Origin: Eledone cirrhosa
Taxonomy: Eukaryota
DNA: 64,000 nucleotides
Direction of reading: 5' to 3'
Assembly (NCBI GenBank): GCA_964016885.1
Contig: OZ024741.1
Location: forward strand, 321,842,001-321,906,000
The notes under the pieces were generated by a model. The model searched no databases and was not told the origin of the DNA. It saw nothing but the letters and a program-made list of their open reading frames with translations. The number at the start of each line of letters is the position of its first letter. Position 1 is the stretch's first letter. Positions 27,792 to 40,960 of this stretch are shown in pieces. A program made the translations under genes and the position numbers.

Positions 27792-28021
27792 CCCTTTTGT
27801 TACTATATCCTAAATGAAAGAAACTGCCTATGATTTTCAAATAATTTTGCAAACAAATATTTAGAAGGATTTAATAAAATGATTAAGTTTCTCATTTAAC
27901 TTAACAAAAGGTTCTTTCATAAACTTATGATAGAATGTTTTTAGGTAAAAATAAACACTTTAAAATAAACAGTTTTGTATCATAGTAATGGGTATTTTCG
28001 GGTGGTTTGGTATGAAAAAGT
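27792..28021. mobile_element. degenerate piggyBac-type MITE
   Basis: TTAA-CCCTTTTGTTAC ... GGTATGAAAAAGT-TTAA. Related fragment at ~11310-11380. Confidence 0.55.
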
Positions 28022-28761
28022 TTAAATACCATAGTACGGAAATACCAATTTAGAGAACTTCAGATTTATAGAATTACTAAACTATAAAACAGCAGAATTA
28101 CAGACTCACAGAATTAGAATAATACTGTGTTACAGAACTCTCTAATTACAGAAGTACGGAATCACTTAACAGCAGAGTTAAAGACCAACAGAATTAAAGA
28201 ATTACAGAATTGATGAATCGCAGAATTAAATATGAGTTAAAGAGAAAAATAGCAATAGAGAGATTTCAGTTTTCTGACATTGCATGGTAAGTTGGAAAAG
28301 ACTGGATGATCATGGTTGGAATGTCTTAAATAATCAGTTTACTTGATCAAGGCTGACATGTAACAACAACAACAAGAGCAGTAAAAGGAAAGAGAAGAAA
28401 AAACCCATAAACAACTAAATCAACAAGAGGAGCAACAACGACATTAATAACAAAATGTTGCAAGAACACCAGCAGCACAAGGAACAACAACAACAACAAC
28501 AACAACATTAATAACAAAATGCTACAACAAATGTTGCAACAATAAAAACCTCCAAATTGGTGACAGAAATGGTTAACCATACCCCCTGCCACCACCCAAC
28601 CAACATACACAAAATACTCACAGACAGGAAACAGGTTGGAACCAGTGTTAGATAGCTTATGAAAATACTGGAATATTGGAATATTAATTCTTTTTTTTCT
28701 ACATAGATATAGCCGCATCCTTACACACACACACACACACACACATACATACACGCACATG

Positions 28762-28861
28762 CAGAGTGTCTCCAAAAATGTATACATACTTTGATTACCT
28801 GTACAGGCAATATTTATTAGAATGCTGTTGAAGTGTGTATACATTTTTTGGGGACACCTTG
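28762..28861. mobile_element. 100-bp Tc1/mariner-type MITE
   Basis: ~30-bp imperfect TIRs: CAGAGTGTCTCCAAAAATGTATACATACTT vs CAAGGTGTCCCCAAAAAATGTATACACACTT. Confidence 0.75.
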
Positions 28862-29409
28862 TATATATGAGGGATTCCTACAGTTGTGATTCTACCAAAT
28901 TTCACTTATGTGGCATTAGTCAGCCTGAGGCTATAGCGAGAGACACAGTGAGAGCGAACACATAATGATGTGGTTAGTTTTGAGACAAACCCCCTTAATC
29001 ACATGTCCATGTCTATTATAGCTGAGTAAATCTTTTGCAAATGACAGATATCCACCATCATCTTAGTTGGTTCATTTTGGGAAAAATATAACTAATTGCT
29101 TTTTGTTTGGTTATTTTTCTCTGGTGGTGGTGGTTGTTGTTGTTGTTGTTGTTTTACCTCATTAAGTGATACCCATGGTTCACTTTTCTCAGTCTCTTTC
29201 ATGTTTTCATTATCGGTAGCAATTCTTAGATTTAAAAATATTTAAAATATATAGTCTCTGATTAGGCGAACATTATTTGAAATTTAAATAAAGTTTCGAA
29301 TAATTTATGGAAAGTTGAAATTGAAAATCTAAAAAGAATATAATATGTAGAAGAATATGTCTTCATGACACAGCTGAGAAAATATGTAATGGCTAATGCT
29401 TAATGTACA

Positions 29410-30000
29410 AGGTAGAACAGAAAAGAGATGTATCTCTCTCTCTCTCTGAGTGTCCCTGTCTATCTGAGTGACTTTATTCTTTATCTATATCTACCACAGC
29501 AGATAGAGCAGAAAAGAAATGTATCTCTCTCTCTCTTAGTGTCTTTCTCTCTGTCTGTCTGCCTATCTTTATATCTACCACAGCAGGTAAAGCAGAAAAG
29601 AGATGTCTCTCTCTCTCTCTCTGTCTGCCTGCCTATCTTTATATCTACCACAGCAGGTAAAGCAGAAAAGTGATGTCTCTCTCTCTCTGTCTGTCTGTCT
29701 GCCTATCTTTATATCTACCACAGCAGGTAAAGCAGAAAAGAGATGTCTCTCTCTCTCTCTCTGTCTGCCTGCCTATCTTTATATCTACCACAGCAGGTAA
29801 AGCAGAAAAGAGATGTCTCTCTCTCTCTCTCTCTGTCTGTCTGTCTGCCTATCTTTATATCTACCACAGCAGGTAAAGCAGAAAAGAGATGGCTCTCTCT
29901 CTCTCTGTCTGTCTGCCTATCTTTATATCTACCACAGCAGGTAAAGCAGAAAAGAGATGTCTCTCTCTCTCTCTCTCTGTCTGTCTGTCTACTTTTATAT
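29410..30000. repeat. minisatellite with a ~70-bp unit containing variable (TC)n/(TCTG)n
   Basis: Repeated TATCTACCACAGCAGGTAAAGCAGAAAAGAGATG. Confidence 0.92.
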
Positions 30001-30464
30001 ATCCCTCTCCTTTACCGAATAATTATCAAATGATAGATCCTTTTTTCGGCTTTGATAATAAGCATTCGGTTGTTTGATCAATGAAACAGCCAACCTGTGA
30101 ATTATCATGTAAATGTTTGAGTATTCCACAGACACATGTATCCTTTATGTAATTCTCAGGAGGAAGAATCAGCAGGGCACGTTATGTAACAAGGGAAGAC
30201 TTTTGAATTAAAAGTATGTCCATCTTGTATTATAATCTAAGTGGCTGAGTATTCCACAGACATTTGTATCTTTAACATAATTCTCAGACAGAATCAACTT
30301 AACACAATATGTGACCAGGTTAAACATTTGAATTACAGGTGCGATTCATCTGATGGGCTTCCACACAATTTCTGTCTACCCAATTTCATTCACAAGGTAT
30401 GGATCAACATGAGGCTATGCCCATAATGACATGCAGTGGGATTGAACCTGGACAGATATGGTAC

Positions 30465-30900
30465 TAAGTGAAGATTATCACACATGCTATTGTGTAATGA
30501 GTGAAGCTTATTACACATGTTACTGAGTGATGGTTAATGTATATGGTATTGAGTATTGACTAAAGATTATCACATATGTTACCGAGTGAAGATTATAATG
30601 TTATTGAGTGAAGGTTATAACATGCTATTGAGTGTTGAGTGAAGATTGTCATATATGGTATTGAGTGAAGGTTATTACATATGTTATTGAGTGTTGAGTG
30701 AAGATTGTCATATATGGTATTGAATGAAGGTTATTACATATGTTATTGAGTGAAGATTGTCATATATGGTATTGAGTATTGTTTTGAGATTTTCACACAT
30801 GTTACTGATTGGAGATTATCACATATGTTATTGAGTGTGGAGTGAAGAAAATGACATATGGTATGGAGTGAAGATTATGACATATGGTACTGAGTGGAGA
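30465..30900. repeat. degenerate 26-33 bp minisatellite
   Basis: Repeated TATTGAGTGAAGATTATCACATATG-like units. Confidence 0.85.
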
Positions 30901-32978
30901 TGAGGCAGCTATTTTCTACAGATGTGAATGGGGATGGGGAGTAGTGGGCAGAAATAAGTGTTTTTGCGAATGAAGAAGAGGGAGGAGGAGAAGGAAAAGA
31001 AAAAGAGGGACAGGGAGGCGAAGAAAAAGAAGGAGGCAGGGAAGAAAATTGAGGAGGAGAAAAAGAGGAAGGAGGAGCGGGATGAGCGGGATGAGAGAAA
31101 GAAAGATAGAAAGAGAGAAAAGAAGAAAGAATGAAAAGGAAGAAAGAATGATTAAAGAATGAAAAGGACAGAAGTGGAATAAAACAGTAGAAGATATAGA
31201 AAGACAGCATACAGAAGAGAGTAGTCAGATGAAGGATGAATACAAAAGGAAAAATGGATAAGAAGCAGAGTGTTTGATTTGTAATAATACGAGGCACTTA
31301 AGTTAGCAAAGTTAAGCTATCAATATTCACACTAACCATTAAATCATTTTGATAGTCGATTTTACTAGCTCGCCTTGAGCAAGAACATTTAGTTAGAATT
31401 TCATTTGTAACCATTGTCTTTAGTGTGCCAAACATCTTCAGGTATTCTAAGACTGGAAACATTTAATCCAGTTAAGTGCTATAGAGAAGTTTGATCTCAA
31501 AAGTTGACATAATGCAGGTTAGTTTCTCTTAACTAATCAGTATAATATTCACTATCAAATAGAAACACAGACTTTACATAGATCAAACCTGTGTTCTTCC
31601 ATATTGTTTCGAAGAAGCAAAAAAAAGAAAGTCTTTCTGATTATCACTAACCTATAATAATGGTAATGTAAGCAATTTTGGGAAGAAAGTTTGTCTGAGA
31701 AATCTGTTCCTTTTTTTATTTTTTTTATTTTAAGCTTACAAAATTGATAAAAAGCAAGAGAAAAAATAAGGTCGAAATGGCACAAGTATTGCCTCAGAGA
31801 ACAATCTGTGATACCCGCTACATCAGCCATTCTTCCTACTTGTGGGGCTTCTTCCTAAGGCATGACACCCTCTTCCTGACTTAGAGGAAAATGGTAGTGC
31901 AAGGACTGAAGAAACCAGAGGTTTCAATGGCAACCAGCATAAAAAGGTAATGATCAGTCAATATCTAGTAATTGGTCATTTTTTGCCTCTCTGTGTGAGG
32001 GCTAAAGAAATAGAGGAAAGGGAAGACCCCAAAAGACATAGCTGCAGATGATGGAGGAGGAAATGAAAGCCAGGGGGATGCAGATGTTAGGACAAAATGG
32101 AGAAGCTTTTCTTGGGAATATGACCTTAAAACACTTGTATTAATAATCTCTACAGCTTATCTCACTTCATTCAATAAAATGATCAACCATTGATAGATTT
32201 TATAAAATATATTCTTTTCCTTTGTAACCAATAACCTCAGTGGATATTTGAGATTTTAAAAGATATTCAAAAGACAAATCAATTGGCGAAGGTATTCTCA
32301 GGAGTGAGAGAGTGCAAGGGAAGTGGCTGGCAAAAAGTGTTTGTGAAAAGCCTGTATTTTATCCATCCAGCAAGATGTTTCTTAAAGTATGGTAGTGATA
32401 ATAGCCACGTGTCGAGAGCTTCTGTTGAATATGGCAATCTTGGCATCTGTAATTCCCAAGGTGCAATTCAAGGTTTGAATATGAAACAACTGTTTTATGA
32501 GGAAAAAAACTTGCACTTTGGGAATTGTAAACTGCTTATACAACAACAAATTGAAATTCTGGTTGATGTGGGCAGAACATCAGATCATATCTCTAAACAT
32601 ATGGAACATAGTTATATTATAAAAAATTACAAATAAGCTGGATCCATGCTTTTTATTATATATGCATATGTGTCAGGTGGTACTGCTGGTGCTATGATAA
32701 AATGCACCCAGTACACGTTGTGAAGGGGTTGGTGTTAGGAATAGCATTCAACCATAGAAACCATGCTAGAATGGAATGTATAAACAAGACACAGTCATCT
32801 AACTTGTCATGCTTCAGAAACCATCTAACTCATGCAAGTATGGAAAATAGACACAAAACAGTGATGATGATGATGATATGTATATAAATATATGTATCAG
32901 TATTCTATCTATCTATATCTCTCTCTTTATATATATAACAGACTTTTGTAGCTTGCTTGAAGCATTGTTGAATAGGAA

Positions 32979-33012
32979 AAAAAATTTAAATTTTGAAAAC
33001 CAAAACAATGTG

Positions 33013-33052
<40 letters not shown>

Positions 33053-33086
33053 CACATTGTTTTGGTTTTCAAAATTTAAATTTTTT
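32979..33086. repeat. perfect palindrome centred on (TA)n
   Basis: 39-bp unique arms AAAAAATTTAAATTTTGAAAACCAAAACAATGTGTTTCA and its exact reverse complement. Confidence 0.93.
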
Positions 33087-33090
33087 AATA

Positions 33091-34831
33091 TCATCATCAT
33101 CATCATCATCATCACCGTTTTACGTCCGTTCTTCCACGCTAGCATGGGTTAGACGGGTTGTCCTGTTGTGGGCAGTGTCTGGTCGGCTGACCATGCCTTG
33201 CTCATACAGGAACTGATCTGGCTTGATTTCTACAGCTGGATGCCCTTCCTAACACCAACCTCATTTACAGTGAGTGCTGGGTGCTTTTTCGTGGCGCCTA
33301 CACGTCCACTTTACAGTGTGGGCTGGGTGCTTTTTTGCCGTGGCACCTCCACGACCACCTTGCGGTGGGGGGGGGGGGGCATATTGTTTATATGCTTCAG
33401 CATGTACCCATGGGAGGTCGGGTACCCTGTATTACTGCGTGACGCCAGAAGTCACGGTCGTGTGTCATTGACTTTGAGAGGTGTAGTTGGGTAAGGTCGG
33501 CTTTTATCACCTCATCCCAAGTCATCTTGGGTCTCCCCACTCCGCGGTTTCCATCAACTTCTAGTGCTCTGCACCTTTTTATGCAGCTGTCATCCTTCAT
33601 ACGCATCACATGTCCATACCAGCGTAACCGCCTCTCCTGCACGCAGCATTTGATTCCTCTTATGCTTTGTCGTTCACGTATATTACTGTTACACATCCAT
33701 CGGAGCATGCAGGCTTCGTTTCTCTCTAATCTACGTAAGTCTTCCACCTTCAGCGCCCAGGTCTCACTACCATGCAACATCGCTGTTCGGATACACGCAT
33801 CATACAGTCTGCCTTTCATTCTGAGGGAGAAGCCTTTTGCAGCTAGCAGTGGTAGTAGTTCCCTAAACTTCTTCCATCCCGTTCTTACCCTAGTTATTGT
33901 ACTTTCTGAGCACCCACCTCCGTTGCTAATTCGGTCACCTAGGTAGCAGAAGCTGTCTACTGTTTCTACAGGGCCCTCCCAGAGATTGGTGGTACTTGTT
34001 TCCTGTGGCTGTTTGCTTGCTGTTTCAGCACAGCTGCTGCATGTGAATCCTACATTCTTAATTAAGCTTCCTGAGATCCTGCTACATCTCTTGTGTACCC
34101 ATTGTTTGCATTTGGGGCAGAGAATGGAGTTCCTACCTACACCTTTCCTACATACTGAGCAAGGCCATTTCCCTGAGGGGATCTGGGTTCTGTTTTCTCG
34201 TCTACTTATAAGGACCTTAGTCTTTGTCATGTTGACTTTGAGGCCCTTTCTCTCTAGTCCCTGCTTCCAGGTTTGGAATTTATTCTCTAGTTCTACCATA
34301 GATTCAGCTATGAGTGCGAGGTCATCACATCAGCATACAGGAGTTCCCATGGGCATCCGGTCTTAAACTCCTCCGTTATTGCCTGCAGGACTATGATGAA
34401 CAGGAGAGGGCTAAGAACAGAGCCCTGGTGGACCCCAACCTGTACGCTAAATTCCTCGCTATACTCATTGCCAATCCTAACTTTGCTGACTGCTCCCCTA
34501 TACATGGCTTGTACCGCTTTCACAAGCCATTCATCTACTCCTAGTTTTCTAAGAGCCCACCAGATTACTGTACGTGGAACTCTGTCAAAGGCTTTCTCAA
34601 GGTCGACAAATGCCAAGTAGAGTGGCTTACTTTTAGCTAGGTACTTTTCCTGTAATTGCCTCACAAGGAAGAGGGCATCAGTGGTGCCTTTCCCTGGTAC
34701 AAACCCAAATTGCATCTCGTCTATATTCACCCGGTCCCTAATCAGCTGTGCTATAACTCTTTCTGTTACTTTCATGACCTGGTCCATCAACTTTATACCT
34801 CTATAGTTTCCTCTATCTAGTGCATCGCCTT

Positions 34832-34864
<33 letters not shown>

Positions 34865-36500
34865 ATATATATATATATATACATATATATATTCTTTTAT
34901 TTGTCCCAGCCATTTGGATGTGGCCATGCTGGGGCACTGTCCTTAATAAATACGTATATATTATAATTTAAGATAATATACTATATGAGAGGACTTCCCT
35001 ATCTTCATATCTCTGATTGCCTTACTTACTACGCTGCCGCTGACTTGTACTGCTGGTCCCTCTATAGGGTCTACGTGGGGTAGGGTCTCTTCTTCCCATG
35101 CATTCTCCTCATTTAGTAATCTATCATAATGACTCTTCCATGCATCTTTCTTCTCAGCACTTGTGAGGGCAAGCTCACCTTTATCATTCCGGATACACTT
35201 CTCTCCAATGACATCACAACTATCTCTGACACACTGCCTCGCAATCTTGAATACCTCCCGTTTCTGGTCCTCACGTTGTAAAACATGCTTGAATTTTCTA
35301 TCCTCTGCTTCCCTCCTAGCTAAGTATACTTGTCGCCTAGCTTCCCTCTTGGTCTCTATGTAATGTACCCTGCTCCCCCCGTTCTTCCATTCTTTCCATG
35401 CCTGTCTCTTGGCCTTGACTGCTTCATCTACCTTATTGTTCCACCACCAAGTCACTCTCCTCCTGCTTGAGGTCTTACTCCAGCCACAAACCTCATCCGT
35501 CGCCTCTAGTAAGTTATTTTTTAGGAACTCCCAGTTCTCTTCTACGTTAAATGTCTCTATCTGTTCTTCTTTACTGTCGTAGGCGTTGAGTAAAATATCT
35601 TTAAATCTGTTACTGGTTGAGGGGACTTTCAGCTTCCAGATCTTTCTTCTCCAGGTTGGCCTCTGTTTCAGGGCTCGTCTAGTTCTGACCGTGAGGTCGC
35701 TGACAACTAAGCTATGTTGGGATGTACATTCCTCACTAGGGAAGGCTTTTATGTTTACGACCGTCCATCTGTCACGTCCTCTGATGAGGATAAAATCTAA
35801 CTGACTAGAGTGCTCCCCTGATCTATAGGTGATCAGGTGGTTGTCGGGTTTTTTAAAGTTTGTGTTACATATCGACATGTCATTGGCGTCGCAGAATTCT
35901 AGAAGTCTGAATCCTTCCTCATTCCTTGTGCCAACTCCATGGCCTCCATGTACTCTATTGAAGCCGTCGCAGTGTTTACCTACGTGTCCGTTAAAATCTC
36001 CTGCAATGATTAGGAAGTCCTTGTCGTCTGTTAGAGCAGTAGTGTGTATTAGGGACTCGTAAAACCTATCCTTAAGTTCGTCTGGCAGCCCCGATTGGGG
36101 TGCGTAAGCTGATATTATTGTGGTAATTGTCTTATTCAGGACTAGTCTGAGTTTAATGATTCTTGCATTTACCCTGTACACTGAGATTACTTTATCTACC
36201 CACTTGTCAGCTAATAGTATACCTACACCACCCATCCCATCGTCATTTCCCACCCAGAAAAATTTGTAGCACTGGCTTTTTCCTACAAGGACTCTAGCAG
36301 ACCCTCCTCTCCATCTAGTCTCTTGCACACAGCATACATCAACTTCCTTTCGCTCTAGCATTTCTACGATTTCTCCTGCTCTTCCTTTCATTGAGCCTAC
36401 ATTGATGGTACCAACTCGGAGTTTTGGGCATTTGTCGACACTCGTAGGGGAGGGTCTCTGGGTTGGCGCTTCACGTGGGTGCTTGGTAGCTCGCAGATTC

Positions 36501-36502
<2 letters not shown>
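33091..36502 (-). mobile_element. RTE LINE family B, near full ORF length, disrupted
   Basis: APE (34990-36502), RT (34308-34832) and C-terminal (33397-34299) pieces. 5-bp duplication in YADD, foreign segment at 34833-34990, (GAT)n tail. Confidence 0.94.
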
Positions 36503-36531
<29 letters not shown>

Positions 36532-36537
36532 CATATA

Positions 36538-36859
36538 CAGGGTATTTATAAAGTCCTTGTGCAAAAAAAACAAACAAAAATACTACAAATGCAATGCAAT
36601 TCACTTTTCTAACATGCAAACTTATCACCACGTTTTGTGATACATTGTACAAACTGGTTTATAACTCGTTAAAAATATTCCCCAGATGCTAATTATTTAT
36701 AATATACTATAATTAATTAGTAAGATTTTAAGTATCATCATGCCTGAAGACTATCTAAATAATGCCTTATGTAGTTTACTGTGTAATTCTATCATTTGTA
36801 CATCATGCAACTAAAGTTATTAACATTTAAATTAGCACAGATACTTTATAAACACCCTG
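36538..36859. mobile_element. Tc1/mariner-type MITE
   Basis: 25-bp imperfect TIRs CAGGGTATTTATAAAGTCCTTGTGC vs CAGGGTGTTTATAAAGTATCTGTGC, preceded by TA. Confidence 0.8.
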
Positions 36860-36883
36860 TGTGTGTATGCATGCATATATATA

Positions 36884-38366
36884 TCTATACATATATATAA
36901 AACTGTGTGTGTGAGAGACAGAGAGAGAGAGTATCCCCCTCATTTTTGTAAAGTCTATACAAATCCACATTCCTACTCCAATTGACTTCAAACTTGCATT
37001 TATATATTCCTTGCGGTCTAAAGATATTAACTGCAGCTTTTATTTTTCAATTTTCTGTTGTTAAAGAGGTGTTAGGTACCGGTTATCGATCTCCATCGCG
37101 CCCTTATAATATCTGTCTGGCTGTCTGCATTACGACATTATGACAAACATTTTTCCCGTTCATTGCCAGGGAACGTCTTCATGAACCAAAGTATCATCTT
37201 CCTGTTTTCCTTTGATTGCAACGTTTTTTGAAATATTTACTTCTGCGTTCACAGATTGATTTTTTTTAGTTTCAGAAGATCCCGTTAAGGGTGAAAGCAG
37301 CGATTCTTTGCTTAAACTTTAATCTGCTATTTTAATATATAATATAAGCGAGGCAAGCCAGCCCAGGTTAACAATTACACTTGAGAATACCTTTCCGACG
37401 GTCGGCTTATTTTTCAATCAATAAGTGACATTTACTAATTTTTTGGCTAACAATCCTGAGACATTCTCACTTACCCCAGTTGCTTTAATATTTTTTTGCA
37501 ATACTTGCTGAGACATAATCACTTACCCCTGTTGCACACATTATTACTGGTGTTAGTACCAAGCCATATGCCCCATTACGTACATAAATAGAAATAGTGG
37601 ATCTTTTTAGAAAGTCCCCACCCAAAAATACCCCCACACCTATGTTAAAAATAACATATGCTGGCATTAAGCGGTAATTTCTATCTATCTTGGTACATAA
37701 GCGGGGAAAGCCAGCCCAGGTTACCAATTACAGTTGAGATTACCATTCCGACGATTGGATTATTTTTCAATCAGTAAGTGTCATTTACTAATTTTTTGAT
37801 AACATATCCTGAGACATTTCCACTAACCCCAGTAGACAGAAATAGTGGATCTTTTTAGAAAACCCCGGCCAAAATATCTCCACACCTATGATAAAATCAC
37901 GTACGCTGATGTTAAGCGGAACATTTTTTTTTTTTCTTCACCAATTACCAACTAGGAATAAATGCACCGAGAGGGATAGAGAGAAAGAGTAACTTAGTGG
38001 AAAGAGTGCGAATGAACTTTTGAGGTAAGTAGCCTACGCCTTACTGCTATGACACTGGAACCTTCTGCCAACTTAACCTGTGACTTTCTCTTTCACATTT
38101 ACTCCAATAGGCCAAACAGAGTGGAAACGCCGGGGGGACAACTGTCACAGAAGGAGTATGAAAAGAAGGGGCTCAACAATATTTCTATGAACAATGCACG
38201 TAGACAGCTAAACTGTACTTTCAACTTCTTATTTTTCTCCAAATAAAATAAGTTTCCTGTCAGTATATTTTCGTGAGTTTTTAACAGGCACTCACAAATA
38301 AATGTTTCTCATTGGAGGTGCTATTACCAATGTTCTTACCCGTGCAACGCCGGGATACACTGCTAG
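36884..38366 (+). mobile_element. non-autonomous Helitron
   Basis: A|TCTATAC start and CCCG-TGCAACGC-CGGG hairpin followed by CTAG|T. Internal direct repeats ~37355-37480 vs ~37708-37832. Confidence 0.78.
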
Positions 38367-38376
38367 TATATATATA

Positions 38377-38515
38377 TGAAGAGATTCAGGACCCCAATGG
38401 CTGAGCTCCGGCTGTTTTGACAGCTAGATCCGAATCTCTTCATATTACCCACTCTACTAACCCAAGTATCAAGTACTCCGGTGGGTTATGGCCCACCTGA
38501 TATTTTACTACACTA

Positions 38516-38520
<5 letters not shown>
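38377..38520. mobile_element. ~145-bp hairpin-ended repeat in (TA)n (second copy 61876-62025)
   Basis: TGAAGAGATTC...GAATCTCTTCA hairpin followed by a unique tail, present twice. Confidence 0.7.
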
Positions 38521-38566
<46 letters not shown>

Positions 38567-38902
38567 TGTATGGTAGCACAATAAAAAGTACCCACTCTAC
38601 ACTGTAACATGGTTGGTGTTAGGATGGGCATCCAGTTGTAGAATTCAGGCCAAAATACAGATATGTATGAGCAAGACAAGGTCTCCTGACCTGACTTGTC
38701 TCATCTCATAACATGACAATCCATCTAACCCATGTAAACGTGGAAAAATAGACGTTAAATGATGATGATGAATGTATGTATACATACACATATACAAACA
38801 AACATATATATATATACATATATAGCATGGAAGATAGACGTTAAACGAAGATGATGATGATGATATATAAATATGTAATAAACAACACAATACAATTATT
38901 CT

Positions 38903-38968
38903 ATTTACCAAAAGTTTCACGAAGACAGGTGAGCTCAACAGAGACGTCTGAAATCATTCATCAGAAGG
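38903..38968 (-). ncRNA. hammerhead core enclosed by a 40-bp inverted repeat
   Basis: CUGAUGA-auga...ucgu-GAAA-cuuuugg-UA. Arms at 38868-38907 and 38975-39014. Confidence 0.62.
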
Positions 38969-39474
38969 AACAATTAAATGGAATAATTGTATTGTGTTGT
39001 TTATTACACATTTAAATAGCTCTGTAGCATACATAGAGCACTGTCCTTTCCTTTACCCTTTCTACAGAAATACTTCATATACACTCACACATAAGCAGGG
39101 AAAAGCGGACGTAAAATGATGATGATGATGATATATATATATATGTTGTGTCCTTGAGCAAGACACTTTATTTCATGTTGCTCCAGTCAATTCAGCTGGC
39201 AAAAATGTACCTGTAATTCAAATGGCCAATGGCCAGCCTTGTCAAATTCTGTGTCATGCTGAATCTCCCTGAAAACTATGTTAAAGGTACACATATTTAC
39301 GAAATGCTCAGGTACAGGCATGTTAAATTCACAAGTAGGCTGTCCTTGATCAACTGGAACACCCGTCATAACTGATTGAGTGGCAGCTTTTTTATTTGTA
39401 TGCATGTATACACATAAACACACACACACACGGTGATGATAATAATGGTTTTGATAATGATGGCAGTAGTAATA

Positions 39475-39985
39475 ATAATTGTTTCTACTTTTGGCACAAG
39501 GCCAGCAATTACCCAGTGCATTACTGGTACTTTATTTTATCGACCCCATAAGGATGAAAGGCAAAGTCAACCTCGGCGGGATTTGAACTCAGTCCGTAAA
39601 GGGACGTAACTATGCTAGAAAGCATGGCGTCCGACCCTCTACCGATACTGCCAATCCACCGCCCTCAGTAATAATAATGATGGTTGTGATGATAATGACG
39701 ACAGTGGCAATGATCATAATGATGGTGATGACAATGATAATGACGATGATGGTGGTGGTAATAATGGTTTCTTATATAGGCACAAGGCCAGTAATTTTGA
39801 GGGAAGGGGAAAGTTGATTAAATCGACCCCAGTGCATGACTGGTACTTCATTTTATCGACCCCCATAAGGATGAAAGGCAAAGTTAACCTCGGCGGGATT
39901 TGAACTCAGATCATAAAGGGCCGTAACTCTATGCTGCAAAGCATGGCTTCCGACCCTCTACCGATACTGCCAATCCATCGCCCTA
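39475..39985 (-). mobile_element. two SINE family 2 copies (~39475-39665 and ~39760-39985)
   Basis: GGATTTGAACTCAG and CCGATACTGCCAATCC motifs. Confidence 0.85.
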
Positions 39986-40960
39986 ATGGTGGTGGTAATA
40001 ATGATGGTGATGATGATGGAGGAGGGGTGGGTGGAAGGCTAGTAACAATGCTAATATTAATTTAATTTCTTTCAAGGCCATTAAACTTTAATGATGAAAT
40101 TTTAACATGACAGCTGATTTATAATACACGGCTGTGTGGTGCTTGCATGTGTGTATGTGTGTGTGTGTGAAAATGTGTGTTTGTGTGTGAAAGTGTCTTT
40201 CTGTGTGTGTGGGTGTGTGAGTGTGTGTTTGTGTTTGTATGTGTGTGAGCGTGTGTTTGCGTTTGCGTGTGTGTGTGTATGTTTTTTTTAAGTGCGTATG
40301 TGTGTGTGTGTTTGTGACTGTATGTGTGTGTGTGTGTGTGTGTGCACGTGTGTGTGTGTGCATGGGAAGGAAGAATTATTTTTTGTAGAAATATTTGTCC
40401 ACACTACATGTTTTGTACATTCTTCTGCTGGATTCTAGCCAGTGGACAGTGGCCATGTTGGAACTCCACTGGCTGGATAAAGCACCCCAAGAGCCCCCCC
40501 CCCCCACTGGTAACGATGGCGGGGTTGGTGATGATGTTGATGAGGACAAAAACAATGTTACTGCTCATGATGATGATCATGATAATGAGGATAATGATGA
40601 TGATTGGTTTATCTCAGAGAGAAATGTGTTTTTATGAAAACATTAAAGAGATTTTAATCATTACTGGAGTTATATATTAGGTGCATGGGTGGGGGATACC
40701 AGTTATATAATTAAACACATTATTTCCAGCATCTGACTTCCTCTATCTGTATATGGGCAGGTTGGTGTAATCAGTTTAGCATATTAATCCGAACAATAAA
40801 AGCCAGGGTTTAATTCCCACATATGGTGATGCCCATTTTTTCCATCATAGGGCCTTATATGCTCTGTTATTAGACTATTTTCACTGATAAGCTTATAATT
40901 TCTCTCTCCCACATTCTCTCCATACATTTATATATATACATTTATATATATATATATATA

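Noticed and set aside
29410-30000. CRISPR-like repeat/spacer array
   Set aside because: The inter-repeat segments are length variants of (TC)n/(TCTG)n rather than unique spacers. The context is eukaryotic and there are no cas genes.
32283-32636. 117-aa ORF
   Set aside because: Non-ATG start and no recognisable domain. ASVEYGNLGI faintly recalls the GGLG motif of RLE-type LINEs but is too weak to call.
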